A stretch of 64,000 nucleotides of DNA from Octopus bimaculoides. Its lineage: Eukaryota. Below the pieces are notes generated by a model. The model had not been told where the DNA came from. It ran no database searches and saw only the letters and a program-made list of their open reading frames with translations. This document shows, one piece after another, positions 10,824 to 23,560 of this stretch; the stretch's first letter is position 1, and every line of letters starts with the position of its first letter. The stretch covers positions 49,719,116-49,783,115 of the forward strand of contig NC_068987.1 in NCBI RefSeq assembly GCF_001194135.2, written 5' to 3'. The position numbers were made by a program, and so were the translations under genes.

Positions 10824-10965
10824 AAAAAATTGTTGAGCCGCTTCAAAGTAGGAATAAACACTATTTTTATCACCGTCAATTCAGAAGAGTGCCAACCATC
10901 GACCAGTGTGAATTTGATGACGTAGCATGTGTGTTTGAAGCTGACCAACAGTTCAAACGAGACTG
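10824..10965 (+). CDS. NDUFB10: NDUFB10 exon 2
   Basis: EKIVEPLQSRNKHYFYHRQFRRVPTIDQCEFDDVACVFEADQQFKRD; matches the family motif YYYHRQYRRVP..C....C..EA..Q.KRD. Confidence 0.95.
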
Positions 10966-11260
10966 GTAGGTTAAAATTTTTTTTTCTGTTGCTTAACATC
11001 TTTTAAAGCTGTCTGGGTTTTGTATGTTATTTAGAAGGTTCTGAGTTATGTAGAGAGAGAAAATGATAGCATCTTTTGTCCTACCTTACATGTCATTTCA
11101 TTTNNNNNNNNNNNNNNNNNNNNNNNNNNNNNNNNNNNNNNNNNNNNNNNNNNNNNNNNNNNNNNNNNNNNNNNNNNNNNNNNNNNNNNNNNNNNNNNNN
11201 NNNNNNNNNNNNNNNNNNNNNNNNNNNNNNNNNNNNNNNNNNNNNNNNNNNNNNNNNNNN

Positions 11261-11322
<62 letters not shown>

Positions 11323-12198
11323 TGTTATCTAGGCCCTTGTTAAGCCTTGATTCAGGAAACCCGTGATCAAAGGCTTTTTTTAGCTGTGACCACTCCATGT
11401 CTCTCTTTTTCTTTTTTTTTTCCTTTTTTCAGACACAGTGTATCTAAGATCACAATATCCAATGTACCATTTTTAAGGTAGTAGAGTTTGAATTTAAAAG
11501 AGAATAGGCTGCTATTCGTAACAGATCATTTAGACACATAGAGATTCTGAAGTATGTATATTTACTCTATAGCAAGTTAAGGTTATTCCTAACTTTAACA
11601 CCTAACATAAAACCACCTCCCTCTCTTCTACAATCCTACTCAGTCAAGCTGGATCTTGTGAGTTACATGGTAACTTCAATAGTGCTGGTTCCACAAACTA
11701 AAACACCCAATACTCTCTGTTAAGTGGATGACATTTGTAAAGGCATTCAGCTCTAGAAACCATTCCAAAGCAGATGTTGGAACACAATGCATTCCTCTGA
11801 ATTAGTAGAGCCTGTCAAACTCTCCAGCTCATTCCAGCATAGAAGATAGACATTAGAAGATGGTGATGATGATGATTTCTTGTATAGTTGAGACAAGGGA
11901 AGGAAATGCTAATCAAAATATACTGCAGATTAGAGGTTTCTATTTTTTTTTTATAGAAATACTGATCATTTACTTGTTCTAAGATCATTTCCCAGTATCA
12001 GGGTCTTGTCCATTCTTACAATGGCTTCTTCTTGGTCAGCTTCTTCAATTACTCTAGAGCAGTGTTTCCATTGACATTCCAATACTTTTTGCTCTTCGTT
12101 CGTAATGTCTGTTTTATATATAGTGTGCTGGAATGTTGAAATTTGTTGATCTTTTCAGACACATTATGTATTCCCCAAGTGTTTATTTCTGTTCATTA

Positions 12199-13260
12199 TT
12201 TTTATTTAACAATATTCCAAGTCAATTACAGGTTAAAACTGGAAATCCGACAACATCTTTAGATACTGCTGTCAGTCAGCATCAATCTGTTGCCATGGTA
12301 CTCTAGTTGAAGATTGCAGTTCCCCTATTTCATTCATCTTAAAAGAAATTCTAATTGAAAATCAAGTACTTTGATAACTTCTTCAAAATATAGACTCTTG
12401 TATTTTTTCTAACTAAAATGGATAAATATTTCTTTTGTGTAGTATTGTAAGTGCATCTGCCTAGCAGAAGAAAGTAACAGGGATGTGTTCCAGTTTACCA
12501 TTTTGAAATATTACTTGAAGACCTAAGTGATGGATTTGCATAATTATTCTTTTGGAAGAACTGCTAACATTTTCCACAAATTCCTAGTATCTTTCATAAG
12601 ATTTGTTGTATCAGTTTATTCCAAAAGTTTTATTTCATTTTTCATGAGGTTTTTGTAGTGATAAATTTATTATTTTGGGGGTTAGTTGGTTCAGAATTTC
12701 CTTGAATCTTTGTCAATAATGTTTTCCTTTTTGTTTGTAACTTCTCCTCCCTAAAACAAGGGTTTTTATTTTGTCGGTGATTTGTACCCTATTTTTTTTT
12801 TTTTTTTTTGGAAGGGGAGTTTCCAATTGTCAATATATCTAATATTATTGTTATATCATCTTCCATTGTATGTTGACTTGTTTTTAATACTTATACTGTT
12901 TTCTTTGGTTTGACCATCTTATTGTGGTCTGTTCTTCCATTGTTATTGTTTGGAAGTATGTAAAATAATTGAACAAGACAAAACCAAAAAGTTCCAAAAT
13001 GGAAAGAAATTGAAGGTTAATGCAAATATGAACTACAAAACAAAAAATATCATTTACTGCATACATGCCTACAAGGTAGGGAGAATTATATTGGTCAAAC
13101 GGGAACAAAATTAGTAAACTGGGTGAGGGTACATGAACAACAAATAAGATTCATCTGCAAGAAATGTTCCATAAATAGAAAATTCAAAATCTTCTCTATT
13201 TACCAATTAAAGGAAGAAAAAAGTTATAACAAGCTTTCACAATATGAAATCTTTCTAAAA
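12199..13260 (+). mobile_element. Penelope-like element relic with GIY-YIG endonuclease fragment
   Basis: NIIYCI...ENYIGQTGTKL...RVHEQQIR at about 13040-13150. The 12199-12525 segment is nearly identical to 8547-8870. Confidence 0.55.
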
Positions 13261-13499
13261 GATTTGTATTATTCTTTTCTCTTTCTAAGATTTTTTAAAT
13301 ATAATTAATAATTTTATATTTTAAGAAAATCCTTTAAATATTGTGACCATATCAAGAATCCTTTCTAAAAACTTATATATAGTTCTACAAGGTTTATCTT
13401 CAGAGACAATACTTCAATACTCTTGAAAATTTAAAGATGATCAACTCTGTATATACTTTAATTTTTTTGTTTTTATTAAAAAAAATTTTTAACTTTTAG

Positions 13500-13639
13500 G
13501 AGCGTTGATTCAAATATCTTGAAGATTCTTCGTAAACGAAAGATGGAATGCATTATGTATGAAGGTGCTAATGCTCCACAAAAATGCAAAAAGGTTACTG
13601 ATGATTATGAAAATGCTACTACTAACTATTTCATAAAAT
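13500..13639 (+). CDS. NDUFB10: NDUFB10 exon 3
   Basis: (W)SVDSNILKILRKRKMECIMYEGANAPQKCKKVTDDYENATTNYFIK; conserved C..EG.....C pattern; phases consistent. Confidence 0.93.
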
Positions 13640-15856
13640 GTAAGTTTAAATTTCTATTACCAAATTATTTCTGTCCAATAGGTATTTATTTCATTTTACT
13701 TATTGATACAGAAATTGCTTTTTAGTTTGTTTTTGAGCTGAAAATAATTAATTGGCTGACTATTAGTAGCAGAAGTTCTACTTAAAAATAATATATCATC
13801 ATCATAATTGTTTTAACATCTACTTTTTCATGCTTGCAAGGGTCAAATGAGAGTATGTTGTGATAGTTTTCTATGGCTAGAAGCCAACCCTGTCACCAAC
13901 CCACACATTTTCCAAATGGGGTAATGTTCTTCCAGCTTGGACATGCTTTTGTACAAGCAAATGATACTGTTAGTGAAGCCATCATTTATAAGCCAGCAAG
14001 CTAAAGATGTGTAGACACAAGGAACTATGAAATAACTCATATACATATGCTCACACACATACATATATGATGTGTCTGTATGTGTGTGTATACACACATA
14101 TGATGCGCGTCTTTCAATTCCATTTGGCCAAACTCACTCATATGACTTAGGTTGGCCTTGGGCTATTGTCAAAGACACTTGCCCAAGATACCATACAGTG
14201 GGACCAAATCCAAAACAACATGATTTCTTAATGCCACAGCCATCCTACATCATAATATAGAGCTTGAAATAGTGTTAGCATAATTTCTAATGTTTAATGG
14301 CAGTGAAAATATTTCAAATGACTGCTTACATAGTGGCCACAAAAGTATTTCTTTTTGGTTTGAAAGATATATTATATGAAGCATTTATTGATATGTGTAG
14401 TGATTGATAATGAACTGAATGTGTTGTGTGTGTCATTGGTTACCCCCCCAAAAAACTCTGCCCACTTTCTACTGTTGTCGCCTACTCTTTCTTAACTTCT
14501 TTACTTATCATCCCTCATCACCCACTAACTAATTCTCCATCTTCAACCATCTCTCACCCTCTTGTACATTTTTGCAGCCTCTATCCACCCACTTTATATA
14601 TTGAGGGTGCTCTCATATACCTCATCACTACTATATTTATTTATTTCCTGCTCTACCCTAACCAAAACCCTCTCTTCTATAATGTGAGTAGCTGTGTAGC
14701 TCTTCTACAGCAAGAAACCTGTTTTGTTATAGCTCCTCTTAGACTTCAATCCCTCATCCCATAGCATAAAGCTGCCTCCTTCTGTACTATGATCCCACCC
14801 AGTCAGTGAGATCTTAGTCTTGCAGGCTGTATGACAACCTCATTTATGCTGGTGACATGAAAAAAGCAGCCTTGTATAAAAATTATAATCTCAAAATTGT
14901 TGCTACATGAAATGGTTTGGTACTGTCTCTACATTATTGTACATCAATGTTAAAATTATTTGTTGAAAGTAGTACTGACATAGCAGTGGGGTTGAGAATT
15001 TCACTTTGCAACAATGTGGTTACAAGTCCACTGTGAAGCATTTGGGTCAGTGACTTTGACTATAGCCCAGGTCAACCACTTTTGAGTGGATTTGATTAGA
15101 TAGAAAATGAAAGAAGCCTGTTATGTGTGTTTGTGCTAGTACACTTGCATGCGTCTGTATGTGTTTACATTTGTGCTTCTTTGAATATCACTGAGCTACA
15201 AGCAGTGAATATAATTATTATTTCCCCTATCAAGAAATTGTCTACTGGTTTTGTTTCTTTGAAGACTTTTATAGAATGAGATACCTTATGTGAAAAACGA
15301 GTAAAGGTTAGTGACAGGAAGGGCACCAGGCTGTAAAACAGTACCTCAATAATATATTCAACTAGAAAACAGACATAAAAACAAATAAATATAGTGAATC
15401 TATGATCAATAGTCTGGCAAATATGGAGAAGGTCTAATGAAATGTAGACATGCCTGGAGTTGTGCCCATAGTTACCAAGATTAGTTTATCCAATTTTAGT
15501 CATTGAACTATTGATTTCTTCTTATTGCATAATTATTATTAATTAATTACATATTATTTTTTCATATTCATATTATGTCTGAAGATCCTAACCAGAATGA
15601 ATTTAACCCTTTTGTTACAGTTAATTTTGAAAATAATGAAGTATTTAGTAAAATAAATTTGTCGTTATTAAACTGGTGTTTGGAACATAAATTAACATGG
15701 AATTTTGATAGAAGGTTTTAATTTAGATCACTTCAAAACAGCAATTTTTTATCATACAACCAGAGTGGTTCTGAGCAAGTTAGTATTAAAAAGGTTTAAA
15801 TTATTTGTTGTTGAATTTTGAGTTAATATATAATCACATATGTTGTACTCCAACAG

Positions 15857-15969
15857 ATGGTGAACTTGGAGCTGCAGCTTCTGTTGTTGATGCCTACATG
15901 AAACAGAAACATCGCATAATCTGGGAAAGAAGACAAGAAATACAAGGCACCGGTAAACGATTACGCTGA
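15857..15969 (+). CDS. NDUFB10: NDUFB10 exon 4 (stop)
   Basis: (Y)GELGAAASVVDAYMKQKHRIIWERRQEIQGTGKRLR*. Spliced CDS is 492 nt (163 aa). AATAAA at 16041 and 16099. Confidence 0.93.
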
Positions 15970-16299
15970 AAACTTGCAGGAAATGTCTGTAATTCTTAGG
16001 CTTCTTTTATTTTTTCCAAATTTAAAAGTATTAGAAAACAAATAAAATATAAGAACTATTTTATGCTCTTTGTTTTATTTCATTTTTAGAGTGTTTTTAA
16101 TAAAGTTATTTAAAATAGATTCTTGTTGTTGTTATTGAACTGCTTCAAATCTAGGTATAACTAAATACTGAAAGCTAACTTACATATTCATTAATCAAAT
16201 AATTAAATTTTCTGGTCCTGTATTTCAATTTAAATGATTGCTTATCATCGTCAATGTACATCCACAGAAAGATGGCATACTTAGATGGATTTGGCTATT

Positions 16300-17340
16300 T
16301 AACATTCTCTTCCCCTGGGAGCTCCTCTATGCTGATGACCTTGCACTAATTGCGGAGTCACTATCAGAACTAGAGGAGAAGTTTCAGGTGTGGAAGCAAG
16401 GACTAGAATCGAAGGGCCTTAGAGTCAACCTAGCTAAAACCAAAATCCTAATAAGTAGGAAGGTAGATAAAACACAAACCCCTTCAGGTAGATGGCCCTG
16501 CTCAGTATGTAGAAAATGAGTAGGTAGTAACTCTATAAGATGTACCCGGTGCAAGCTATGGACACATAAGAGGTGCAGCAATATCAAAGGCAGGTTAACT
16601 AGGCAGTTATTTTTTGTATGTGGCAGATGTTCAGGTGCAATAAACACTGTTAACNNNNNNNNNNNNNNNNNNNNNNNNNNNNNNNNNNNNNNNNNNNNNN
16701 NNNNNNNNNNNNNNNNNNNNNNNNNNNNNNNNNNNNNNNNNNNNNNNNNNNNNNNNNNNNNNNNNNNNNNNNNNNNNNNNNNNNNNNNNNNNNNNNNNNN
16801 NNNNNNNNNNNNNNNNNNNNNNNNNNNNNNNNNNNNNNNNNNNNNNNNNNNNNNNNNNNNNNNNNNNNNNNNNNNNNNNNNNNNNNNNNNNNNNNNNNNN
16901 NNNNNNNNNNNNNNNNNNNNNNNNNNNNNNNNNNNNNNNNNNNNNNNNNNNNNNNNNNNNNNNNNNNNGCTCTTGTGCGGGTGGCACATAAAATACACCA
17001 TTTTGAGTGTGGCCGTTGCCAGTACCGCCTGACTGGCCTTCGTAGGATTTTCGAGCGAGGTCGTTGCCAGTGCCCCTGGACTGGCTCTTGTGCGGGTGGC
17101 ACATAAAAAACACCATTTTGAGCGTGGCCGTTGCCAGTACTGCCTGAAAGGCCTTCGTGCGGGTGACACGTAAAAGCACCCACTACACTCTGTGAGTGGT
17201 TGGTGTTAGGAATGGCATCCAGCTGTAGAAACTCTGCCAAATTAGATTGGAGCCTGGTGTTGCCATCCGGTTTCACCAGTCCTCAGTCAAATCGTCCAAC
17301 CCATGCTAGCATGGAAAGCGGACTTTAAACGATGATGATA
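16300..17340 (+). mobile_element. 5'-truncated RTE-clade LINE (RT C-terminus, repetitive 3'UTR, (GAT)n tail; gapped)
   Basis: PWELLYADDLALIAES...GLRVNLAKTK; ends ccatgctagcatggaaagcggactttaaacgatgatgat. Confidence 0.85.
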
Positions 17341-18861
17341 TTTTGTTTGAATTATATTTACCTTTTAAAGCTTTTTTATTCCTTTCTTTACAAACAATAT
17401 TAAAGCTATTTGACATAAATCTATTAACTTTATCTCTGATAATCTGCTAGTTATTACTACTGAAATGCAAAAGTATCATAGTATATGTTAATGTGTGGGT
17501 GATACAAAAAAAAGCACCAAGTACATTATGTAAAGTGGTTAGTGTTAGGCAGGCGTCAAGCCATAGAAACCATACAAAAGCAATCATTGGAGCATGGTGC
17601 TGTCATTAGGTCCATTGGATCCTGTCAAGCTGTTCAATTCATGCCAGCATGAAACATGGACGTTAAATGATAATGATAATATTTTGCATTTAATCTATGT
17701 GCTTGATACAATCACTTGCTGGGTCACACCCAGTGACCTAGCACATGAGACGGTTCAAAGATGTTTAGACATAATTGAAAATGGGTGATGGTGGAGGCAG
17801 TACAGAAAACATTCATACGATACAACATAACATTTAATTTGATAGGGTTTTCCCAAGGATGTGGGCAGTATTTGTCAGCACAATCTTTTGGATTTCTTAG
17901 GATGCTATTTAGATGTTTCTGACATCCTACAGTAATAGGGACAATTTTCACTTTAAGATGCCACCTCTTTTGAATCTCAAATTTGAGGTCCTTATATTTT
18001 ATGAGCTTGTCAGATTCCCTTGCTTATATATTTTCCAATGCAAATATTGTTCTACCCTACCCTATTGTGGCAATTTTTATATTCCTTTGGTGTTAGTGCA
18101 GGACACCCCAAAACAAGATGGTCTATTGATTCATCAAATTTGTTGCAAAATCTGCATTTTGGGTCTGCACTGTTTTGTAAGAATATCTATCTGGTTTATT
18201 ATTATTACTAGCTGGCCCCATGCCATCAAAAATGATGGCTAATTGTAGTATTTTATATATAAATAAGGACAAAAGATAGAATATGGATGGTAATTCAAAC
18301 TAATACACTTCTCAATGTTATCTTAGTGGTTGTATTTTGAGATTTGACATCAATCATCATTTGTTACTGAAAGAACACTGGTTCACATATATAAACGTTC
18401 ACATACTTTCCTTATATACACACACACATACTCACACAGAGTAGAAATGCTGTTTGAGTTTTTTTTTTTCACCATAGAATTTCCATCATCCCACTACCAA
18501 GTTTGCCATCACCCCTTCCTTTCTCGTTCTGACAATGTGACAGGGAAAAACACAAGAGTATTATTATAGTAGAATATTAGGACTGTGAGCTGATAGAATT
18601 GAGCATGTCAGACAAAATGCTTAGCAATGTTTCTTCTGGCTTTACATTTTGGATTCATATTCTGTCAAGATCAACTTCTGCTTTTCATCCTTTCAGGATG
18701 GACAGAATAAATACAGGGGTTGATAAAATCCCCACAACTTCAGGCTTTGTGCCTAAGTAGTGGAAAGGATTATTATTATCTTGGCATTTGTCAGTAAATG
18801 TAGACAGTATTGAACACTATTGAACTGAAATGAGAACATAATTGGACAAAACTAATATTGA

Positions 18862-20090
18862 TGATACACTCTCTCACTCAGAGTGAAAGGCAGACTGTAT
18901 GACGCATGTGTACAAACAGCCATGCTACATGGCAGTGAAACATGGGCCATGACTGCTGAGGACATGTGTAAGCTCGCAAGGAATGAAGCCAGTATGCTCC
19001 GATGGATGAGTAATGTCAGTGTGCATATCCGACAGACTGTAAGTATCTTGAGAGAAAAGTTGAACATAAGAAGCATCAGTTGTGGTGTGCAAGAGAGATG
19101 ATTGCGCTGGTATGGACATGTGGCGAGAATGGATGAGGATAGCTGTGTGAAAAAGTGCCACACCCTAACAGATGAGGGAACCCGTGGAAGAGGCAGGCCT
19201 AGGAAGACCTGGGATGAGGTGGTGAAGCACAGCCTCTGAACATTAGGTCTCACCAAGGCAATGACTTGTGACCGTGACCTTTGGAAATATGTTGTGCATG
19301 AGAAGACCCTGCAAGCCAAGTGAGACCAAAATCCAAGGCCTCTGCCAGGGATGTAACCAGCCCACTTACGCATAACATTCCTTCATTGGACACTAAACTC
19401 CGCTTGCGAAGACATGGTGAGGCAAGTGAAATCGGAATCGAACTAAATTTGTAGGAACACTAAACTCGGCTTGCAAAGACCTGTTGGGGCAAGCGAAAGC
19501 GAAATTGTGATGGCACCTGTACCAGTGGAGCATTAAGAGCACTGTCCGAGCGCGATCGTTGCCAGAGCAGCTATCTGGCTTCTGTGCTGGTGGCACGTAA
19601 ATAGCACCAGCGTGATCATTATCAACGTCTCCTTCCTGGCAATTGTGCCAGTGGCACGTGAATAGACATTTGAGCGAGATCGTTGCCAGTGCCGATGGAC
19701 TGGCCCCTATGCAGGTGACACGTAAAATACACCATTTCAAGCATGGCCGTTGATCATTACCAACGTCGCCTCCCTGGCACTTGTGCCAGTGGCACGTAAA
19801 GGGACATTCGAGCAAGATCATTGCCAGTGCCGATGGACTGGCTCCTGTGTAGGTAGCACGTAAAATACACCATTTCGAGCGTGGCCGTTGCCAGTACCGC
19901 CTGACTAGCCCTCGTGCCGTTGGCACATAAAAGCACCCACTACACTCTCGGAGTGGTTGGCGTTAGGAAGGGCATCCAGCTGTAGAAACTCTGCCAAATC
20001 AGATTGGAGCCTAGTGTCGCCTCCTGGTCCACCAGTCCTCAGTCAAATCGTTCAACGTTAAATGACGACGATGATGATGACGACTATGTA
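18862..20090 (+). mobile_element. 5'-truncated RTE LINE, same family
   Basis: VKGRLYDACVQTAMLHGSETWAMT...LRWYGHV...GTRGRGRPRKTWDEVV; same 3'UTR units and (GAT/GAC)n tail. Confidence 0.85.
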
Positions 20091-20934
20091 TTTACCTGCT
20101 ACACTGAAGTCCATACTAGAGATCATTCACTTACGAAGAGGTTAATTTACCAGATGATAAATACACTTGAAGGCATGTGGCTAATTGGTTAGGGTATTTG
20201 ACACACAATCATAAAGACATGAGTTAGAAAACCAGTGGTATGTTGTGTCCTTTGAGTAAAATACTTTACTTCACATTGCTCCAGTTCACTCAGCTGGTAA
20301 AAATGAGTAGTACTTGTAATTCAAAGGACTAGCTTTGTAACGCTGAATCTCCCTGAGAACTATGTTAAGGGTGTATGTGTCTGGAGTGCTCAGCCACTTG
20401 CACTTTAATTTCACAAGCAGGCTATTCCATTGATTGGATCAACTGGAACCCTCGTTGTCATAACTAACGAAGTACTACTTTAAATAAATACACTCAGAGG
20501 CTTTGTTAGTACTCACTGATGTTCTTTTTTTAATTTTATTTACATTTTTTTTTTTGTACATCATTTGGTAGATAGGATTAATAACTTGAATGGATGTGGA
20601 TTAATTGATGAATTAATGGTTGAATTGAAAACATATATGAGAGGTGAAATGTAAAGGAATGAAGAAGAAAAAATTAAAGAAAACTAGAGGGTATTCCCCA
20701 GTCTGTTTGGTATCAAGCAAAAGGGTGAAAAACTTATACAAACTGAGCATTTTAATTACAAGGATGTATGTAATAGAAATGTTTTCAGATCTTTATATTT
20801 CATAAATATATAAATTTCTTTTTCCTCATCAGATTTTCTGATCATCTTCATCACTATCGTATTTTTTTTTCATTTTTCTTTATGCAAGTTTCTCAAATTC
20901 ACAATACAGCAACTTTTATAAATATATATGTATA

Positions 20935-20965
<31 letters not shown>

Positions 20966-21299
20966 CAATCCTGCATTATTTCTTTTGTGAAACCCAATAT
21001 TTTCTGAACTTCATTGCTTTTTCTAGGACTTCTTCAGTTTTCTTCTGTTGTGTGTCGAGAGCTGGTTGTCTTGATGATTCTGAATGAGTTTCTTTTGAAA
21101 AGTGTGAGTATTTGTTTGAGTTCTTAGGATTTGATGACATCTTTATCATCAATTTCTATCACAGTACTGGCAAAGTCATATAGATAGATATAAATGTCTG
21201 GGTGGGTGTATATTATAAGTTGTTCATTAGTCAGAAAAAAGCACAATATAATTAACAGAGGTGTGTTTTTTTCTATATCAGCAAACCATATATAATGTG

Positions 21300-22301
21300 T
21301 TACTGCAAATTTCCATTGTATGTAGATATTTTTATGAAGTCTGCATGAGGTAAGCTTTGCTGCTTCTTAACAAATATATTTCTTTTCTTCAGATGAAACA
21401 TGTCTCGGTATGCTTTATGAAAACCTTTGTTCAAAAAGACATAAGTTACAGGGTTAGTTATAGAAGTTGTAAGTCCCAATAATGTGAATCCTCTACCAAA
21501 TATCAGGAGAGCATTATTGTTAAACCACAACATTTGTATTAAAACAACCGTGAAAAACGGTGTCCATAAAAAGCAGAAAAGGCAAACCACTATTCCATAC
21601 AAAAGAAGTGATCTTGAATTCTTGAATTTTTTCCTAGTTGGGCCAGGAGTAATGCCATTATCAGGTTTCATAATGCCTTTCTGTATTCTCTTAGCAATTG
21701 CAAATACTTTTAAATAAAGGATTATAACAATGATGCTGATGAAAAAAAACTGCACAACTAAAATAATCATATAACCAACAGGAAATACAATGTTAAGATT
21801 GCAGGCACTGTGACCATCCCAGTAATTCCAGTAAATTGGCACAAATCCAAGAGCAGAACTGTAAAGCCAAAGCAATCCAGAAATGATAAAAACTTTTTTG
21901 GTAGACATTAGTGAACTGTAATGGAGGGGATGAACCACAGATAAATATCGATCCAGTGTGATAGCCAACACATGTGTCTGTGATGTACCACAAGGAAGCA
22001 AGTAGGAGATATAGCGCCAGAGGCAAGCATATTTTTGCTTTGTTAAGAATGGATGTACGTAGGACACTGTGTGGTAAGGCAGAGATAAAGCCAGCATGAT
22101 GTCAGTTAATGCCAATGTTAAAACAAAGTGATTTGTAGGAGTGCGTAGGTGTTGGTATCTTATAATAGATATTACCACAGTTCCATTTCCAAACAATATA
22201 ACAACCATGATCAAGACAGAAAAGACAGCCATTGTGTCTTGCCTTTCCCATAATGCATTAACATCTAAAGTTTCAGTGATGTTAAGATCATTCTGTAGCA
22301 T
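21300..22301 (-). CDS. Class A (rhodopsin-like) 7TM GPCR, intronless CDS, ligand unknown (adenosine/amine receptor-like architecture)
   Basis: 333 aa from the first true ATG (the ORF track starts at a TTG). Motifs: GN in TM1, LALTD in TM2, DRY in TM3, W in TM4, FLWTP in TM6, NPVTY in TM7. A splice acceptor at 22426 implies an upstream 5'UTR exon. Confidence 0.95.
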   Translation of the reverse strand: MLQNDLNITETLDVNALWERQDTMAVFSVLIMVVILFGNGTVVISIIRYQHLRTPTNHFVLTLALTDIMLALSLPYHTVSYVHPFLTKQKYACLWRYISYLLPCGTSQTHVLAITLDRYLSVVHPLHYSSLMSTKKVFIISGLLWLYSSALGFVPIYWNYWDGHSACNLNIVFPVGYMIILVVQFFFISIIVIILYLKVFAIAKRIQKGIMKPDNGITPGPTRKKFKNSRSLLLYGIVVCLFCFLWTPFFTVVLIQMLWFNNNALLIFGRGFTLLGLTTSITNPVTYVFLNKGFHKAYRDMFHLKKRNIFVKKQQSLPHADFIKISTYNGNLQ

Positions 22302-22703
22302 TTTTGATAAAGCAAAAATGTATTTAGGCGTATTCAAAATATCTGTTGATTTCTATCAGAATTGGTATGGAAGATTTTCTGCAAGTTTTCTTGATTTTAG
22401 AACTCCAAGACACATATTGATATTTCTGTTTGAAATAAAGAGAGAAAAAAAATGGAAATCAAATTAGTTTTTTTTAAATGACATAATATACATTAATAAT
22501 GTTTTTCCTAGCAGATAGGTTATTGGTTTTTTTATTGTTCATATTTAATCTGTTGTAACAATAGAATAATGCAGAATTCAGGGAAAGTGGGATTAGTTGT
22601 GATTTCAAATGCTGTACCTACATTATTACATAGCAAAAATCCATCTGCTAAAGGATATATACATGCATGCATCTATCTATCTATCAATGTGTATGTATGT
22701 TTG

Positions 22704-22744
<41 letters not shown>

Positions 22745-22928
22745 ATAGATGAATTAAGAAATGGAGTTAAATGCAAGTGTTATTCAAATCTTAATACTTC
22801 CAACATAAGTTTCAAAGAAAACATTGATATTATTCCAGAGGGAAAAAATTGTTGTAAAACAATGCAATCATCACATCAGGGAAAAAAAAAAACAGAAACA
22901 AAACACATCAATAAACCATTTAACTGAA

Positions 22929-22962
<34 letters not shown>

Positions 22963-23168
22963 NNNNNNNNNNTATATAAATATATATATATATCACTGGT
23001 AACGATCACGCTCAAATGGTGCTATTTACGTGCCACCAGCACGGAAGCCAGACAGCTGCTCTGGCAACGATCACGCTTGGACAGTGCTGTTAGCGCTCCA
23101 CTGGTACAGGTGCCATCATGATTTCGCTTTCGCTTGTCCCAACAGGTCTTCACAAGCCGAGTTTAGTG

Positions 23169-23208
<40 letters not shown>

Positions 23209-23339
23209 GTATGTATAAACTTACTTGGAAAAAGATGCTTGGTGTTCAATTACATAATAATATAAATATATATATAATATCATATATATATTTATAATAT
23301 AAATAAATATATATATTTATATATATATATACATATATA

Positions 23340-23560
23340 TATATTGGGTTGGCAACTAAGTTCCACCGTTGTTTCAAATTTTGGAATTTATTGCGTTTTT
23401 AAATTTTGGAATCTATTTTTTTTTTAAGAATTGTATTTTTGAATCATTTTGGAATCTATATTGTTTTTTTGTTTTTTTTTCTAGTTAATTTTAGTTAATT
23501 TCTGTTTATTTTCAGATCATAAAAATGCAATGTCAAGTTAAGAAAAAAGCAGCCAGGATA
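23340..23560 (+). mobile_element. Mariner 5' TIR plus start of transposase
   Basis: tattgggttggcaactaag TIR followed by atgcaatgtcaagttaagaaa (MQCQVKK). Confidence 0.5.

Noticed and set aside
16384-19926. Long minus-strand ORFs (261, 182, 208, 173, 177 aa)
   Set aside because: Antisense to RTE LINE coding or 3'UTR repeats, or inflated by N-gaps.
19480-19950. CRISPR-like repeat/spacer appearance
   Set aside because: Eukaryotic DNA, degenerate units without unique spacers, and part of a LINE 3'UTR.
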